Shown: positions 49,189 to 59,796, counted from the first letter of the stretch. The stretch: 64,000 nucleotides of DNA from Akkermansia muciniphila (GCA_945861565.1 CAMAUY010000008.1:6032-70031), one strand, 5' to 3'. Notes: generated from the sequence alone by a model not told the origin. A program made the numbers and translations.

Positions 49189-50393
49189 TGTGGAGCTTGG
49201 AGGAGGCGCGGAGCCGGTTGCTGGCGGATCTGCCGCGACTGCCTCAGGAATCGGTCCTGTTGGCGGCTGCGGTCGGACAGTTCATCCCCGCCGAACTCAC
49301 CGCCGCGATCGACCTCCCCCCCTTCAATAATTCTGCAATGGACGGGTATGCGGTCCGGGCCGAGGACACGCGGGACGCCAGCCCCGAAAAACCCGTGCGG
49401 CTCCGGCGAATGGGTGCGGCGGCTGCGGGGACCGTTTTCACCGGACGTGCCGAGGTCGGAGATTGCGTTCGAGTTTTTACCGGATCGCCCCTCCCCGCGG
49501 GTACGGACTCCGTGATCATGCAGGAGGATGTGGACGCGACGGACTCCGATATCCTCGTTCGGGAGGCCGCTCGGCCCTGGGAGTTTGTTCGGTTTCGTGG
49601 GGAGGACGTTGCGGCCGGCTCAACGGTGTTATCCTGCGGCACTCGCATCAGCCCCGCCGCCATCGGATTGCTCGCCGCGTTGGGTAGGTCCCATGTCACG
49701 GTCCGCCGTAAGCCTCGGGTCGCAATTATCGCCACCGGATCCGAATTGCAGCCAGCGGGAACGCCCCTGGAACTGGGAAGGATATACGAGAGCAATTCCC
49801 TAATGCTCGAAGCTCTCCTGAGAACTGCGGGTGCCCAGATTACCCACCGCCTTTGGGTCCCCGACGATCCGCGGATGACGGCTGAGGCACTAGCCGAAAC
49901 CCTGTCATCCGCCGACCTCGTTGTAACGGCCGGTGGTGTTTCGGTGGGAGAACACGACCTTGTGCGATCGGCTTTTATCGGATTGGGCGGGTCCGTCGAG
50001 TTCTGGCGGATAGCGATGAAACCCGGCAAACCATTTTTCTATGGTCGCCTCGGGGAACAATTTCTGCTCGGCGTTCCCGGAAATCCGGTTTCCGCGTTCG
50101 TTACCGCGGTGTTGCTCGTGCTTCCAGCCCTGCTGAGTTTGCAGGGAGCGGCGGATCCACTGCCCCCCGATACAGCCGGCTTTCTCGCGGAGGAGATCTC
50201 CAACCCGGATACCCGCCGTCATTTTGTCCGGGTCATTCTTGACCGCGCCGGACAGGTCCATCGAGCGGGAGTGCAGGCCTCCCATGCCCTGTCGCCTCTG
50301 GCCACTGCGACCGGCTTGGTCGATGTTCCGCCGCGCACCACTCTAGCCGCAGGGGACGCGGTTCGAGTCATATGCATACCGGGCGGAGGATAG
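49188..50393 (+). CDS. moeA: Molybdopterin molybdotransferase
   Basis: PPFNNSAMDGYAV, TGSPLP, GEDV, TGSEL, IYESN, GGVSVG, MKPGKP, PGNPVS. Confidence 0.95.
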   Translation: MWSLEEARSRLLADLPRLPQESVLLAAAVGQFIPAELTAAIDLPPFNNSAMDGYAVRAEDTRDASPEKPVRLRRMGAAAAGTVFTGRAEVGDCVRVFTGSPLPAGTDSVIMQEDVDATDSDILVREAARPWEFVRFRGEDVAAGSTVLSCGTRISPAAIGLLAALGRSHVTVRRKPRVAIIATGSELQPAGTPLELGRIYESNSLMLEALLRTAGAQITHRLWVPDDPRMTAEALAETLSSADLVVTAGGVSVGEHDLVRSAFIGLGGSVEFWRIAMKPGKPFFYGRLGEQFLLGVPGNPVSAFVTAVLLVLPALLSLQGAADPLPPDTAGFLAEEISNPDTRRHFVRVILDRAGQVHRAGVQASHALSPLATATGLVDVPPRTTLAAGDAVRVICIPGGG

Positions 50394-50395
50394 CC

Positions 50396-51916
50396 TCAGG
50401 TTGCGGCCTTCATTCGAGAAAGCAGATTGGCGGTGATGCGTTGCACGCGCGGATCGGGCCCTTCCGGCTTCGTATACACCATCGGACGAACATAACCGGG
50501 CGGCTCGCTCAATCCGTCCCCCCACCAGATCGTCGACGCATTGAAAACAAAGTTTCCCCGCGGGCCGGGATAGACGGTTGCGGTATAGATTCCCCCATTC
50601 GGCTTGCCCGGCGCATCCTGAGTCGGACCGGTGGCAACGATCTCCAGGCCCGGAATGGGAGCGGGATCCCCGTGCCATTCCCAGCCCACTAAACCGGGGA
50701 TACCGTCGCCTGTCTTCATCCCCGTCCCCGCAAACACCCAATGATTCGGTTTCGCACACGTCCAAGCGGCCCCTCCGGTCACCCATCCCGTGCTGTGGGC
50801 GCCGACCAGTTCGTTCGCATAGGGCCGGACGTGGGGCAACGACTGCATCGCCACGAATTCTCGTGTGCCGCCCGGCGGACCGAAGACACCCACCCTCTCA
50901 AACACCCGATCCCGTCCACCCCGAGCGTCCGGCGAGAGGAGGATCCGGCCGCAACACGTGTTCCCGGAAAGGAACGCCACGTTCAAGCCATTGGCGATCG
51001 CCCGTTGGACGTTCTGAAACATGTCCAGCGACCAGTACTCGTCATGTCCAACCGACAACATTCCCCGGGCTCGCCCCAACCCGGCCGGGTCCGCGTGCGT
51101 GTCGTGATTGGAGATATACGTTACATCGTAACCCTGTTGTTCCAGCCAGAAGGCCGTCGGAAACTCCCACAAGAGAAACTCTCCTGATCCGGTCGAAAGG
51201 GGCGCGTCAAAGATCTGACAGTACTTTCCATACGGACGATTGAATCCCACCTCAACACCGCCACCCCAATACCAGGAATCCTTGCCGTTGTCGTAAAGGG
51301 CGAAATTGTCGGGCCAGCGGTTGTACGCTTGCCACGTATTATCGCTGACCTGGAATAGAAAATCCGCCTTCCGATCGTCCCGGACGACGAATACCACATA
51401 GCTTTGCAAACCACCCACGTCCGCCGTGAGTTTGCCGAGATACACGCCGCTGACCCAATCCGAGGGAATCACCAGCTCCACCGCGGCCGGCCAGTCGCAG
51501 TCCCGCAACCGCTTCTTGCCCACGCCTGGATCCGGCTGGGCGATTCCCTGGAACGGCCCAAGCTGCTTCACGAGCCGTCCGCCCATACCGCCGTACCAAC
51601 CCATGCGGTAGAGATCGATGCGGAAGGAGGATGCCGGACGCGTGCTGACATGGAACCGCACTGATTCTCCGGCCCGGACGCTCTGGCGGGAACAATAGCC
51701 CTCAATCCAGGGACACCGGTATCGAGTGGGCGGATCGATCCGAGTGGTTGTCAGCATCCAATCTCGGGTTCCCTCCCGGGCATTTTCCCGGGAGATGCGG
51801 TCGGGCTTCGCGGCGGTGAACCCGGCGGGAAGGGTGTTACAACCGGACAAGACCGCACCGGCGCCCGCCGAGAGCGCAGTCTTGAGGATGTCACGACGTG
51901 AAAGAGGAGAAGCCAT
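50396..51916 (-). CDS. N,N-dimethylformamidase beta-subunit-like protein with Tat signal
   Basis: SRRDILK; IEGYCS, YRMGWYGG, NTWQAYN, VSFNRPY-like GFNRPY, LSVGHDEYWS, FLSGN, FNASTIWW. Confidence 0.85.
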   Translation of the reverse strand: MASPLSRRDILKTALSAGAGAVLSGCNTLPAGFTAAKPDRISRENAREGTRDWMLTTTRIDPPTRYRCPWIEGYCSRQSVRAGESVRFHVSTRPASSFRIDLYRMGWYGGMGGRLVKQLGPFQGIAQPDPGVGKKRLRDCDWPAAVELVIPSDWVSGVYLGKLTADVGGLQSYVVFVVRDDRKADFLFQVSDNTWQAYNRWPDNFALYDNGKDSWYWGGGVEVGFNRPYGKYCQIFDAPLSTGSGEFLLWEFPTAFWLEQQGYDVTYISNHDTHADPAGLGRARGMLSVGHDEYWSLDMFQNVQRAIANGLNVAFLSGNTCCGRILLSPDARGGRDRVFERVGVFGPPGGTREFVAMQSLPHVRPYANELVGAHSTGWVTGGAAWTCAKPNHWVFAGTGMKTGDGIPGLVGWEWHGDPAPIPGLEIVATGPTQDAPGKPNGGIYTATVYPGPRGNFVFNASTIWWGDGLSEPPGYVRPMVYTKPEGPDPRVQRITANLLSRMKAAT

Positions 51917-52016
51917 GGCAATGTCGAGACGCTCCGGCGAATTCACCGCGTTTTCAATCAGGAAATGGGAATAGGCTTGGAGCCATTTCACGAAATCGCT
52001 AGAATAACGGCCGAAT

Positions 52017-52829
52017 TTGCTCAGCATGGATTTGCCCATTATTTACGGCCCGGGTTTGAAGCCGAATTCGCCCGAGGCTGTCGAGTCAGTAAAGTACGAA
52101 ACCGGTGCCGCCGAAGCGGACGCGCGGTCGGTGGCTGGGCGGCACGAGGAGCCCTGGATGAACGTACTCGAAAAGTACGAGCCTGGGTCACCGCCGGCCG
52201 TCGACTTCGCTCTTCGGCACCCGGTTTTTGGCGCCAGAATTCAGGGCAAGATCATCGATTTCGGCGCCGGCACATGCTGGGTAACCTCCCGCTTGTCCTC
52301 ATTACCCGCGGTGAAAGAGGTAGTGGCACTCGACCTCTCGGAGGTTTTTTTTAGAACGGCGGGCGTCCGCATGATCCGACACTGGAAAGGGGATCCTTCC
52401 AAGATTCGCTTCGCGGTGGCGTCATTCAACCAAGTGCCGGTCGAAGATGGTTATTTCGATTGTGGATTCTTTGTCGCTTCACTCCACCACTCAACGGCTC
52501 CGATCCTAAGCCTTTTGGAAGCGCGCCGGGTCCTCAAACCCGGTGGCTTGCTCGTGCTCGTGGAAATTGCGATCTCGATCCGGCAGATCGACGCCGCCAG
52601 AACGCAAGCGCTGCTCGAGACGCGGACGACGAATGACACGGAAATGCGCTACACCAAAGGTGAGTGGAAATACATGCTGGAACACGCTCGGTTCAAAAAT
52701 ATCGAGTTCCACGTTGTCGATGCATTGACGCGTAATCCAGCCGTGCTGCTCGTCCGAAAACTGCTAAGGAAATTCGACTTGGAGCGTGTCATTTTTACCA
52801 ACCTGGTCGTCATCACAGCCCAAACCTAG
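52017..52829 (+). CDS. Class I SAM-dependent methyltransferase
   Basis: IIDFGAGTCW, ALDLS, ASLHH, RRVLKPGG; start uncertain. Confidence 0.85.
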   Translation: MLSMDLPIIYGPGLKPNSPEAVESVKYETGAAEADARSVAGRHEEPWMNVLEKYEPGSPPAVDFALRHPVFGARIQGKIIDFGAGTCWVTSRLSSLPAVKEVVALDLSEVFFRTAGVRMIRHWKGDPSKIRFAVASFNQVPVEDGYFDCGFFVASLHHSTAPILSLLEARRVLKPGGLLVLVEIAISIRQIDAARTQALLETRTTNDTEMRYTKGEWKYMLEHARFKNIEFHVVDALTRNPAVLLVRKLLRKFDLERVIFTNLVVITAQT

Positions 52830-52893
52830 CCGATATATTTCACCCGTGTATTCCTCAAGGTGTGGACCATGATCGCCGGGGACTGACTCGGCC

Positions 52894-53850
52894 ATGCAGC
52901 GTGTTACCATCATTGACTCCCACACCGGAGGCGAACCGACCCGGGTCGTCACGGCGGGCGGACCCGACCTGGGCTCCGGTTCCATGGCCGATCGACTCAT
53001 CCGATTTCGCTCGGAGCACGACCCTTTTCGCTCGGCCGTCGTCAATGAACCCCGTGGATCCGACGTTATGGTGGGTGCCCTGCTCTGCGAACCATCGGAT
53101 CCCTCGTGCGCAATGGGAGTCCTTTTTTTTAACAACGTCGGTACCCTCGGCATGTGTGGCCATGGCACCATCGGCCTCATTGTCACCCTCGCCCACCTGG
53201 GTAACATTGGCCCTGGGGATCATCGCATCGAGACTCCGGTCGGCATCGTAACGGCTACGTTGCATCGGGACGGTTCCGTCTCCGTTGCCAATGTGCCCAG
53301 CTACCGATCTCTACGATCCGTGCGGGTCGAGGTGCCGGGAATCGGCCCAATACACGGCGATGTGGCCTGGGGCGGAAACTGGTTTTTTCTCGTGGAAGAC
53401 CACGGGCAATGGCTCGACCGGATCAACCTTCCAAATCTTATCGACGGGTGCGGTAGAATTCGACAGGCGATTAACCGGCAGGGTCACCCGGAGATTGATC
53501 ATGTCGAGTTGATGGGCCCGGCACAGGGGGTTGGAGCTCAGTCGAGAAATTTTGTGTTGTGCCCGGGTGGAGCCTATGACCGCTCTCCGTGCGGCACGGG
53601 GACAAGCGCCAAGCTGGCGTGCCTCGCGGCGGACGGCGTGTTGGCCGAGGATGAACTTTGGGTGCAGGAAGGCATTCTGGGTTCGATTTTTACCGGCCGC
53701 TATCGCTGGCTCGATCGCACGAAGGGACACATCGCCCCGGTTATAACCGGAACCGCTTCGGTCATGGCGGAAGGGACGCTGCTGCTGGACGATCGGGACC
53801 CGTTTTGTTGGGGAATACCGTTACCAAACCGAGATATACCTGCCACATGA
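52894..53850 (+). CDS. 4-hydroxyproline 2-epimerase (proline racemase family)
   Basis: IDSHTGGEPTR, GMCGHG and DRSPCGTG (both catalytic Cys), WGGNWF. Confidence 0.9.
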   Translation: MQRVTIIDSHTGGEPTRVVTAGGPDLGSGSMADRLIRFRSEHDPFRSAVVNEPRGSDVMVGALLCEPSDPSCAMGVLFFNNVGTLGMCGHGTIGLIVTLAHLGNIGPGDHRIETPVGIVTATLHRDGSVSVANVPSYRSLRSVRVEVPGIGPIHGDVAWGGNWFFLVEDHGQWLDRINLPNLIDGCGRIRQAINRQGHPEIDHVELMGPAQGVGAQSRNFVLCPGGAYDRSPCGTGTSAKLACLAADGVLAEDELWVQEGILGSIFTGRYRWLDRTKGHIAPVITGTASVMAEGTLLLDDRDPFCWGIPLPNRDIPAT

Positions 53851-56800
53851 TTCCGCACTACTTGCCCACGTTTGCAATCACCCTCAGCCTGCTCACGGGG
53901 TCATTCGCCAGACTAACCTCCGAGGACCTGAAAGCTCGCACTGGCCTGCCTCCGTTCCGCTATTCGCCCGCGGAACATCCCCTCCCCAACTATCTCGTCG
54001 GAGAAAAATGGGGTACCGAGGGCAAAAAGATCCGCACGATGCAGGAGCCGTTGTCGCCGGTGGAATCCGCTCGGCATATTGTCGTGCCCGATGGATTTGA
54101 GGTCCGTCTCTTCGCGGCCGAGCCCGACATCGTCAAGCCCATCACCCTGGCATGGGATGAGCGAGGACGATTGTGGATCGCCGAATCCATAGACTACCCG
54201 AACGAACAACAGCCGCAGGGCCTCGGCCGCGACCGGATCAAGATTTGTGAGGACACCGACGGAGACGGCAGGGCGGACACGTTTATCGTCTTCGCGGATA
54301 AGCTGACGATTCCCACCGGAATGGTTTTTGCGAATGGTGGTTTAATTGTGATTGAAGGGGGACGAACCCTCTTTCTGAAGGATACGGACGGCGACGGGCG
54401 GGCCGACGAGCGGCAGGTGTTATTCCAAGGCTGGGGAATGAGGGACACCCATGCGACGGCGAGCAATCTCCGCTACGGCTTCGACAATTGGATCTGGGGT
54501 GTCGTGGGTTACAGCGGCTTCGAGGGTGATGTGGGCGGCCGGCAGATCAAGTTCGGCATGGGTGTCTTCCGGTTCAAAGCCGACGGTTCAGCGCTTGAGT
54601 TTGTGCGTTCGAGCAACAACAACACGTGGGGGTTGGGGCTCAGCGAGGACGGCACGGTGTTCGGCTCAACCGCCAACAACAACGCGTCGTGGTACATGGC
54701 CATTCCCAATCGTTACTACGAGCAGGTCCAGGGTTGGTCTGCCGCCCGCATGGAAACGATCGCCGATGATCAGCGCTTTTATCCCATCACCGAAAAAGTG
54801 CGGCAGGTCGATGTCCACGGTCGCTATACAGCGGGTGCGGGCCATGCGCTGTACACCGCGCGCAGCTTTCCGCGGGAATACTGGAACCAAGTTGCGCTGG
54901 TTACGGAGCCGACTGGCCATTTGGTCGGCAAATTCCGCCTGGAATCCAAGGGAGCCGATTATGCAGCGCGAAATGAGCACACATTCCTCGCCAGCGATGA
55001 TGAATGGTTTGCGCCCATACTGGCGGAAGTCGGTCCGGACGGCGCCGTGTGGATGATCGATTGGTACAATTATATTATTCAGCACAATCCCGTCCCGGTG
55101 GGCTTCCAGAACGGCAAGGGTAATGCCTACGAAACCCCGCTCCGGGACAAGCGGCATGGTCGCATTTACCAGATCCGCCATTTGGAAAGCTCTCCGACGG
55201 CCCGACCGACGCTTCACGGGGCCGACCCCGTCGCCTGGGTGGCCGCACTCCGAAGTGAGAATCTTCTCTGGCGCATGCATGCCCAACGGATGTTGGTTGA
55301 AAAAGGCGGCAGTTCGGCGGTGCCGGCGCTCGCGGCTCTGGTGCAATCCCCCGGCCCGGCGCAACCCGAATCCAAAACCGAATTGTCCCCCGCCACCCTC
55401 GGATCGATCCATGCCTTGTGGACCTTGCATGGCCTAGGGGCACTCAACGGACGGAACAGTGCCGCCCTGGAGGCCGTCCGCTCCGCGTTACGTCATTCGA
55501 ATCCGGCCGTTCGACGAGCCGCCGTCCAGATACTATCACCCTCACCCGAAACCAGCGACGCACTGATGGCCGGTCGATTGCTTGCCGACACCGACGCGCA
55601 AGTGCGGCTCGCCACTTTCCTGGCCCTGGCGCAGACACCGTCGTCTGCCGCCGTCGGAGACGCCGTCTACCAAGCACTCGCGCTGGAAGGCAACTGGCGC
55701 GATCGCTGGTTGCGCGAGGCGGCCCTCTGCGCGGCGGCCCGCCATGAGGATGGCTTCCTATCCGTTTTAATGGGGGACGCTTCGACGCTGTCCGACGAAC
55801 GGCTTGACGTTGTTCGCATTCTCGCGGGCCACTACGCAAGCCGAGGTCCCGCCGATATGGTGACGACGCTGACGCGGCTGTCCGGCGTAGCACCTGCAAC
55901 TGCCGGGGCGTTTCTCGCTGGGACGGCACTGCGTTGGCCGGAGGGTCGACGCCCGCAGTCAGGAGGTGGGGAACAGAAATTGCTTCGAGAACTAGCCTCA
56001 AAGCTCAATGATGATGCGCGCAGCACGCTGATCGGACTTGTCACCCGCTGGGGTCTTCGAGCGGCCTTCTCCGTAGAGAGTGACGAACTCGCGGGGCGGC
56101 TCCGCAGCCAAATCAGCAACACAACCCTTTCCGATGAGTCCCGGGTGAATGCGGCCAGGCGGCTCGTCGTGGTGGACGATTCCGTGGAGTCGATTTCCGC
56201 CACCCTCGGTTCGATTCGGACCGTTTCGTCGCCCCGTCTGATGAACGGACTCCTGCTGGCTGCCGGCGAGAGTCGCCGACCCGAGACCGGAAGCGGCTTG
56301 CTCAAAACGTTGCCGGAGCTCACTCCGAGTGCACGCCGGACCGCCATCGCTGTGCTGCTGCGTCGTTCGGAATGGGCCGATGCACTTTTGACCGCAGTGG
56401 AGCAGGGGGTCCTGCAAAAGGCGGACTTGGCTCGGGATCAGTGGAATCAACTGCGGGACCATCCCGACCGAGAGATTTCAAGGCGCGCCCGCGAGTTCGA
56501 GGGTCGGGGCGGAAACCAGACTACCGCGGAAATGAAAAAAACCATCCTCCGATTGATGCCCGTGGCAGACCGGATCGGTGATCCGAAACTGGGACAACAA
56601 GTCTTCGAGAAGATCTGCCAGGTGTGCCACGCTATCGCTGGCACCGGCGGCCGGATTGGCCCCGACCTCACCGGCATCGGCGTCCGGCCCAAGTCGGAAA
56701 TTCTCAACGAAATCTTGGACCCCAATCGCTCGGTTGAAGCGAATTACCGACTCTGGACAGCAACGACCCGTTCCGGGGATGTCTTTGCGGGCCGCCTCGA

Positions 56801-56984
56801 TGGCGAGACGGAGACTTCCGTGGAAATACTCGACACGACCGGGCAAAAACATGTCGTCCAGCGGAAGGAGATCGCCACCTTGAATTCTTCAAACCTATCC
56901 ATCATGCCGGGTGGATTCGATCAATTACCAGAGGCGGAGCTGGCTTCTTTACTCGAATTCCTGGCGGGATCAACCCGGCTTTAG
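53847..56984 (+). CDS. PVC-type heme-binding CxxCH protein
   Basis: LFAAEPDIVKPI..AWDERGRLW, DTHAT, SSNNNTWG, GPDGAVWMIDWYN, CQVCH, GPDLTG; ATGA overlap with the epimerase. Confidence 0.92.
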   Translation: MIPHYLPTFAITLSLLTGSFARLTSEDLKARTGLPPFRYSPAEHPLPNYLVGEKWGTEGKKIRTMQEPLSPVESARHIVVPDGFEVRLFAAEPDIVKPITLAWDERGRLWIAESIDYPNEQQPQGLGRDRIKICEDTDGDGRADTFIVFADKLTIPTGMVFANGGLIVIEGGRTLFLKDTDGDGRADERQVLFQGWGMRDTHATASNLRYGFDNWIWGVVGYSGFEGDVGGRQIKFGMGVFRFKADGSALEFVRSSNNNTWGLGLSEDGTVFGSTANNNASWYMAIPNRYYEQVQGWSAARMETIADDQRFYPITEKVRQVDVHGRYTAGAGHALYTARSFPREYWNQVALVTEPTGHLVGKFRLESKGADYAARNEHTFLASDDEWFAPILAEVGPDGAVWMIDWYNYIIQHNPVPVGFQNGKGNAYETPLRDKRHGRIYQIRHLESSPTARPTLHGADPVAWVAALRSENLLWRMHAQRMLVEKGGSSAVPALAALVQSPGPAQPESKTELSPATLGSIHALWTLHGLGALNGRNSAALEAVRSALRHSNPAVRRAAVQILSPSPETSDALMAGRLLADTDAQVRLATFLALAQTPSSAAVGDAVYQALALEGNWRDRWLREAALCAAARHEDGFLSVLMGDASTLSDERLDVVRILAGHYASRGPADMVTTLTRLSGVAPATAGAFLAGTALRWPEGRRPQSGGGEQKLLRELASKLNDDARSTLIGLVTRWGLRAAFSVESDELAGRLRSQISNTTLSDESRVNAARRLVVVDDSVESISATLGSIRTVSSPRLMNGLLLAAGESRRPETGSGLLKTLPELTPSARRTAIAVLLRRSEWADALLTAVEQGVLQKADLARDQWNQLRDHPDREISRRAREFEGRGGNQTTAEMKKTILRLMPVADRIGDPKLGQQVFEKICQVCHAIAGTGGRIGPDLTGIGVRPKSEILNEILDPNRSVEANYRLWTATTRSGDVFAGRLDGETETSVEILDTTGQKHVVQRKEIATLNSSNLSIMPGGFDQLPEAELASLLEFLAGSTRL

Positions 56985-57400
56985 GCGCTCAAGCCCTGCA
57001 TATCGAGATAACTTTGCAGCAACACCGCCGCGGCAATGCCATCGACCTTTTTTCGACGATCGTCGCGACGAGTCTTGTTCTGACTGAGCACCCGATTGGC
57101 CTGAACTGATGTCAACCGCTCGTCCCAGGTTCGAATGGGGACGGACACCGCTTCCTGCAGAGCCCTGACAAATTCGCGTACCCGGGCGGCGGCGTCACCG
57201 TAAGTTCCATCCATATTCCGGGGCATGCCGACGATCACTAGATCAACCTCCTTTTCGCGGAGGAGATCCTTAAACCGCTGAAGAAATCCGGCGAAGGGCT
57301 CCGCGGGAATGTGCTCCAGAGGTGACGCCAGGAGTTTCAGTTCGTCGCTCAGGGCGACCCCGATCCGAACGCTGCCGGGATCCAGGGCGAGAACACGCAT
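56981..57400 (-). CDS. ruvX: Holliday junction resolvase-like / pre-16S rRNA nuclease (YqgF)
   Basis: LALDPG..RIGVA.SD, VGMP, WDERLTS, VDGIAA..LLQSYL. Confidence 0.95.
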   Translation of the reverse strand: MRVLALDPGSVRIGVALSDELKLLASPLEHIPAEPFAGFLQRFKDLLREKEVDLVIVGMPRNMDGTYGDAAARVREFVRALQEAVSVPIRTWDERLTSVQANRVLSQNKTRRDDRRKKVDGIAAAVLLQSYLDMQGLSA

Positions 57401-57412
57401 GAGAATGACAAA

Positions 57413-58204
57413 TTAGGGCAGCGTGAGCAGCGAGGCCGAGTCCTCGTCGAGCAGCAGGTCGCAATGTTTCTGCCGTCGCAAAATCGACGCCGGGCACGCG
57501 GTGCTGATCGGTCCCTGGAGCGCATTCCTCACCGGCAGGGCCTTTCGTTTCTCGGGTGCCACACAGATCATGTGGCGTGGGGAACAGAGTGCGGGAATGG
57601 TCAGAGTGTAAGCGTAAGGCGGAACCGCTTCCAGGGATGGGAAGTGCCCCTCCTTCAGTTGCTGCGTCTTGCAGGCGTCATCCAGCTTGACCAGCTTGAC
57701 CCAATGCGGCTCCTCGAATCGGCAGACAGGCGGATCATTAAAAGCAATATGGCCATTCTCCCCGATCCCGAGGCACACCAAGTCGATTGGCTGCGCCTTG
57801 AGAAGAGCCGTGTACCGATCACATTCATCCAGCGGCAGATCGGCATCTCCCGCCAGATAATGAAAAGCCCGTGGGTGAACCAACTGTTCCACACGCTCAT
57901 GCATGTAGCGGCGAAATGATGCCGGATGCGTGGCCGAAATTCCCAGATATTCATCCATGTGGAAAAGTGTTACCCGCGCCCAATCAACTCCCCCTGCCGA
58001 CACCAGACGTTCAAGAAACCGAATTTGCGAATTGCCGGTGGCCAAAATCGCCGCCACGGATCCCTGGCGGGCAATCGCTGCGATCAGCAGTTCCCGTACC
58101 CGGTCTGCGACGTAACGGGAAAGGTCATCCTGACTCAAAAAGATGCGAACCGAAAGATCGTCGACACGGAACGATCGAGTGGGAACGGGACTGGGAGTGG
58201 ACAT
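57413..58204 (-). CDS. nagB: Glucosamine-6-phosphate deaminase-like protein
   Basis: ILATGNSQ, FHMDEY, GIGENGHIAFNDP, TLTIP, CPASILR. Confidence 0.8.
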   Translation of the reverse strand: MSTPSPVPTRSFRVDDLSVRIFLSQDDLSRYVADRVRELLIAAIARQGSVAAILATGNSQIRFLERLVSAGGVDWARVTLFHMDEYLGISATHPASFRRYMHERVEQLVHPRAFHYLAGDADLPLDECDRYTALLKAQPIDLVCLGIGENGHIAFNDPPVCRFEEPHWVKLVKLDDACKTQQLKEGHFPSLEAVPPYAYTLTIPALCSPRHMICVAPEKRKALPVRNALQGPISTACPASILRRQKHCDLLLDEDSASLLTLP

Positions 58205-58353
58205 AGAATTTTAATTGCTCGGCAGAGTGTACTCCAACCCGATTGTAAAATCCAAGCGGTCAAATCGGTCCACACCAACCGATCTGCTCACGGCCCGAAT
58301 CTGCGGCCAACGCAGAGGTACTTTCGCCCCGCTATGGGGCCGCAGGGAGTCCC

Positions 58354-59796
58354 CTACCGGAAGAAACAAAACCAAACCACCACCAGGGTTGGCAACATGA
58401 AGGGAAATGAAAAGCGGACCACGTATCCAAAGAAACTCGGCGTATGAACACCCTGCTGATCCGCCATGGATTTCACCATGAAGTTGGGGCCGTTCCCAAT
58501 GTACGTGTTCGCACCAAAAAAAACGGCACCGGTGCTGATCGCAGTGATAAAGTGACTGAACTGGGCGTTTCCGATCAGAAAGGCAATTCCGAGTTCTTCG
58601 TCGGAAATGGTGCGAGCGGCCAATTGCTCGGGGTGAAACCTCTGGAGCGCGGCGAATGTTTCGCGGATCCCCTGCGCATTGGGACCATGAATGAACGTGG
58701 CAAGATCCCGGCCGCCGGTTTCCACCAGGTGCCGAAGCTGGCTGACTGTGTCCGGCTCGATATAGGTCCCCAGAATCGCCTGCAGGAAGCACAGATAGGT
58801 GGGCGCGTTGTCGAGAACACTGCTCAAAATGCCGCTGCCCCAATAGAACATCGCGGGGCCGGGGTGTCCCAGATCACCGGCCCTGGCCGCCAACATCTGC
58901 AGTGCCGGCATCATCGTGGCAAAAATTCCAATGAATAAAATGGCCACTTCCGTAACCGGGTGCCAGTTGAAGGCGTTGGCCTCATGGATTCGCTTCGGGG
59001 TCAGAAAATAGGAAAGTGCGGCCGCGCCCACGATCAGCCCTTCACGCAGGAATAGCGATTGATTCGCGAACAGCACGGCCGCCAGGATCACTCCCAGCAG
59101 AAACACATTGGCGCCACCGTCGAACTGAAACCAGTCACCTTTCCGCGTGTGCTCCCTCTGCACCGGCGCGGGTGCGCGACGAAAATTGATCGTATCCACG
59201 ATCAGGAACATGAGAAGGAGAAGACCGAGAGCCACCGCCCACATCGGCCAGCAGTGTTCCGCCACCCACCAGAACGGCACCCCTTTCAAATAGCCTAGAT
59301 AAAGCGGAGGATCACCCATGGGCGTCAAACAGCCACCGACATTGGATACAATGAATATGAAAAAGACCACGTGATGGGCCGTCACCCGGTACTTGTTCGA
59401 TCGGAGCCAAGGACGAATCAGGAGCATCGATGCACCCGTCGTTCCGAGAACGTTGGCGAGAAGCGCACCCACGAATAGGAAAATCGTATTCGCCAACGGA
59501 GTGGCCTCGCCCCGCACATTGATATGAATCCCACCGCTGACAACGTACAGCGAGCCGATCACCGCAATAAAACTGAGGTACTCTTGCCCGGTATGCAGGA
59601 TCATGTGCGCGTCCTGTCGAACAAAAAAATAATAGAGCGATATAAGGCTGCCGAAGCCCAGGGCCACCTTGGGATAGTGCTTCGCCCACCACGCTCCGAA
59701 ATACAAGGGGGCCAACGCAATCAGCCCGAGCAATACCACAAAGGGCGTGATCGTCCAAAGAGCCGGAGGGGCTTGGGCCGTGGCGGCAAGCATCAT
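58354..59796 (-). CDS. Putative Na+/H+ antiporter (IT superfamily)
   Basis: GTTGASMLLIRP, SNVGGCLTPMGDPPL, SSVLDNAPTYL, AISTGAVFFGANTYIGNGPNFMVK. Confidence 0.88.
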   Translation of the reverse strand: MMLAATAQAPPALWTITPFVVLLGLIALAPLYFGAWWAKHYPKVALGFGSLISLYYFFVRQDAHMILHTGQEYLSFIAVIGSLYVVSGGIHINVRGEATPLANTIFLFVGALLANVLGTTGASMLLIRPWLRSNKYRVTAHHVVFFIFIVSNVGGCLTPMGDPPLYLGYLKGVPFWWVAEHCWPMWAVALGLLLLMFLIVDTINFRRAPAPVQREHTRKGDWFQFDGGANVFLLGVILAAVLFANQSLFLREGLIVGAAALSYFLTPKRIHEANAFNWHPVTEVAILFIGIFATMMPALQMLAARAGDLGHPGPAMFYWGSGILSSVLDNAPTYLCFLQAILGTYIEPDTVSQLRHLVETGGRDLATFIHGPNAQGIRETFAALQRFHPEQLAARTISDEELGIAFLIGNAQFSHFITAISTGAVFFGANTYIGNGPNFMVKSMADQQGVHTPSFFGYVVRFSFPFMLPTLVVVWFCFFR

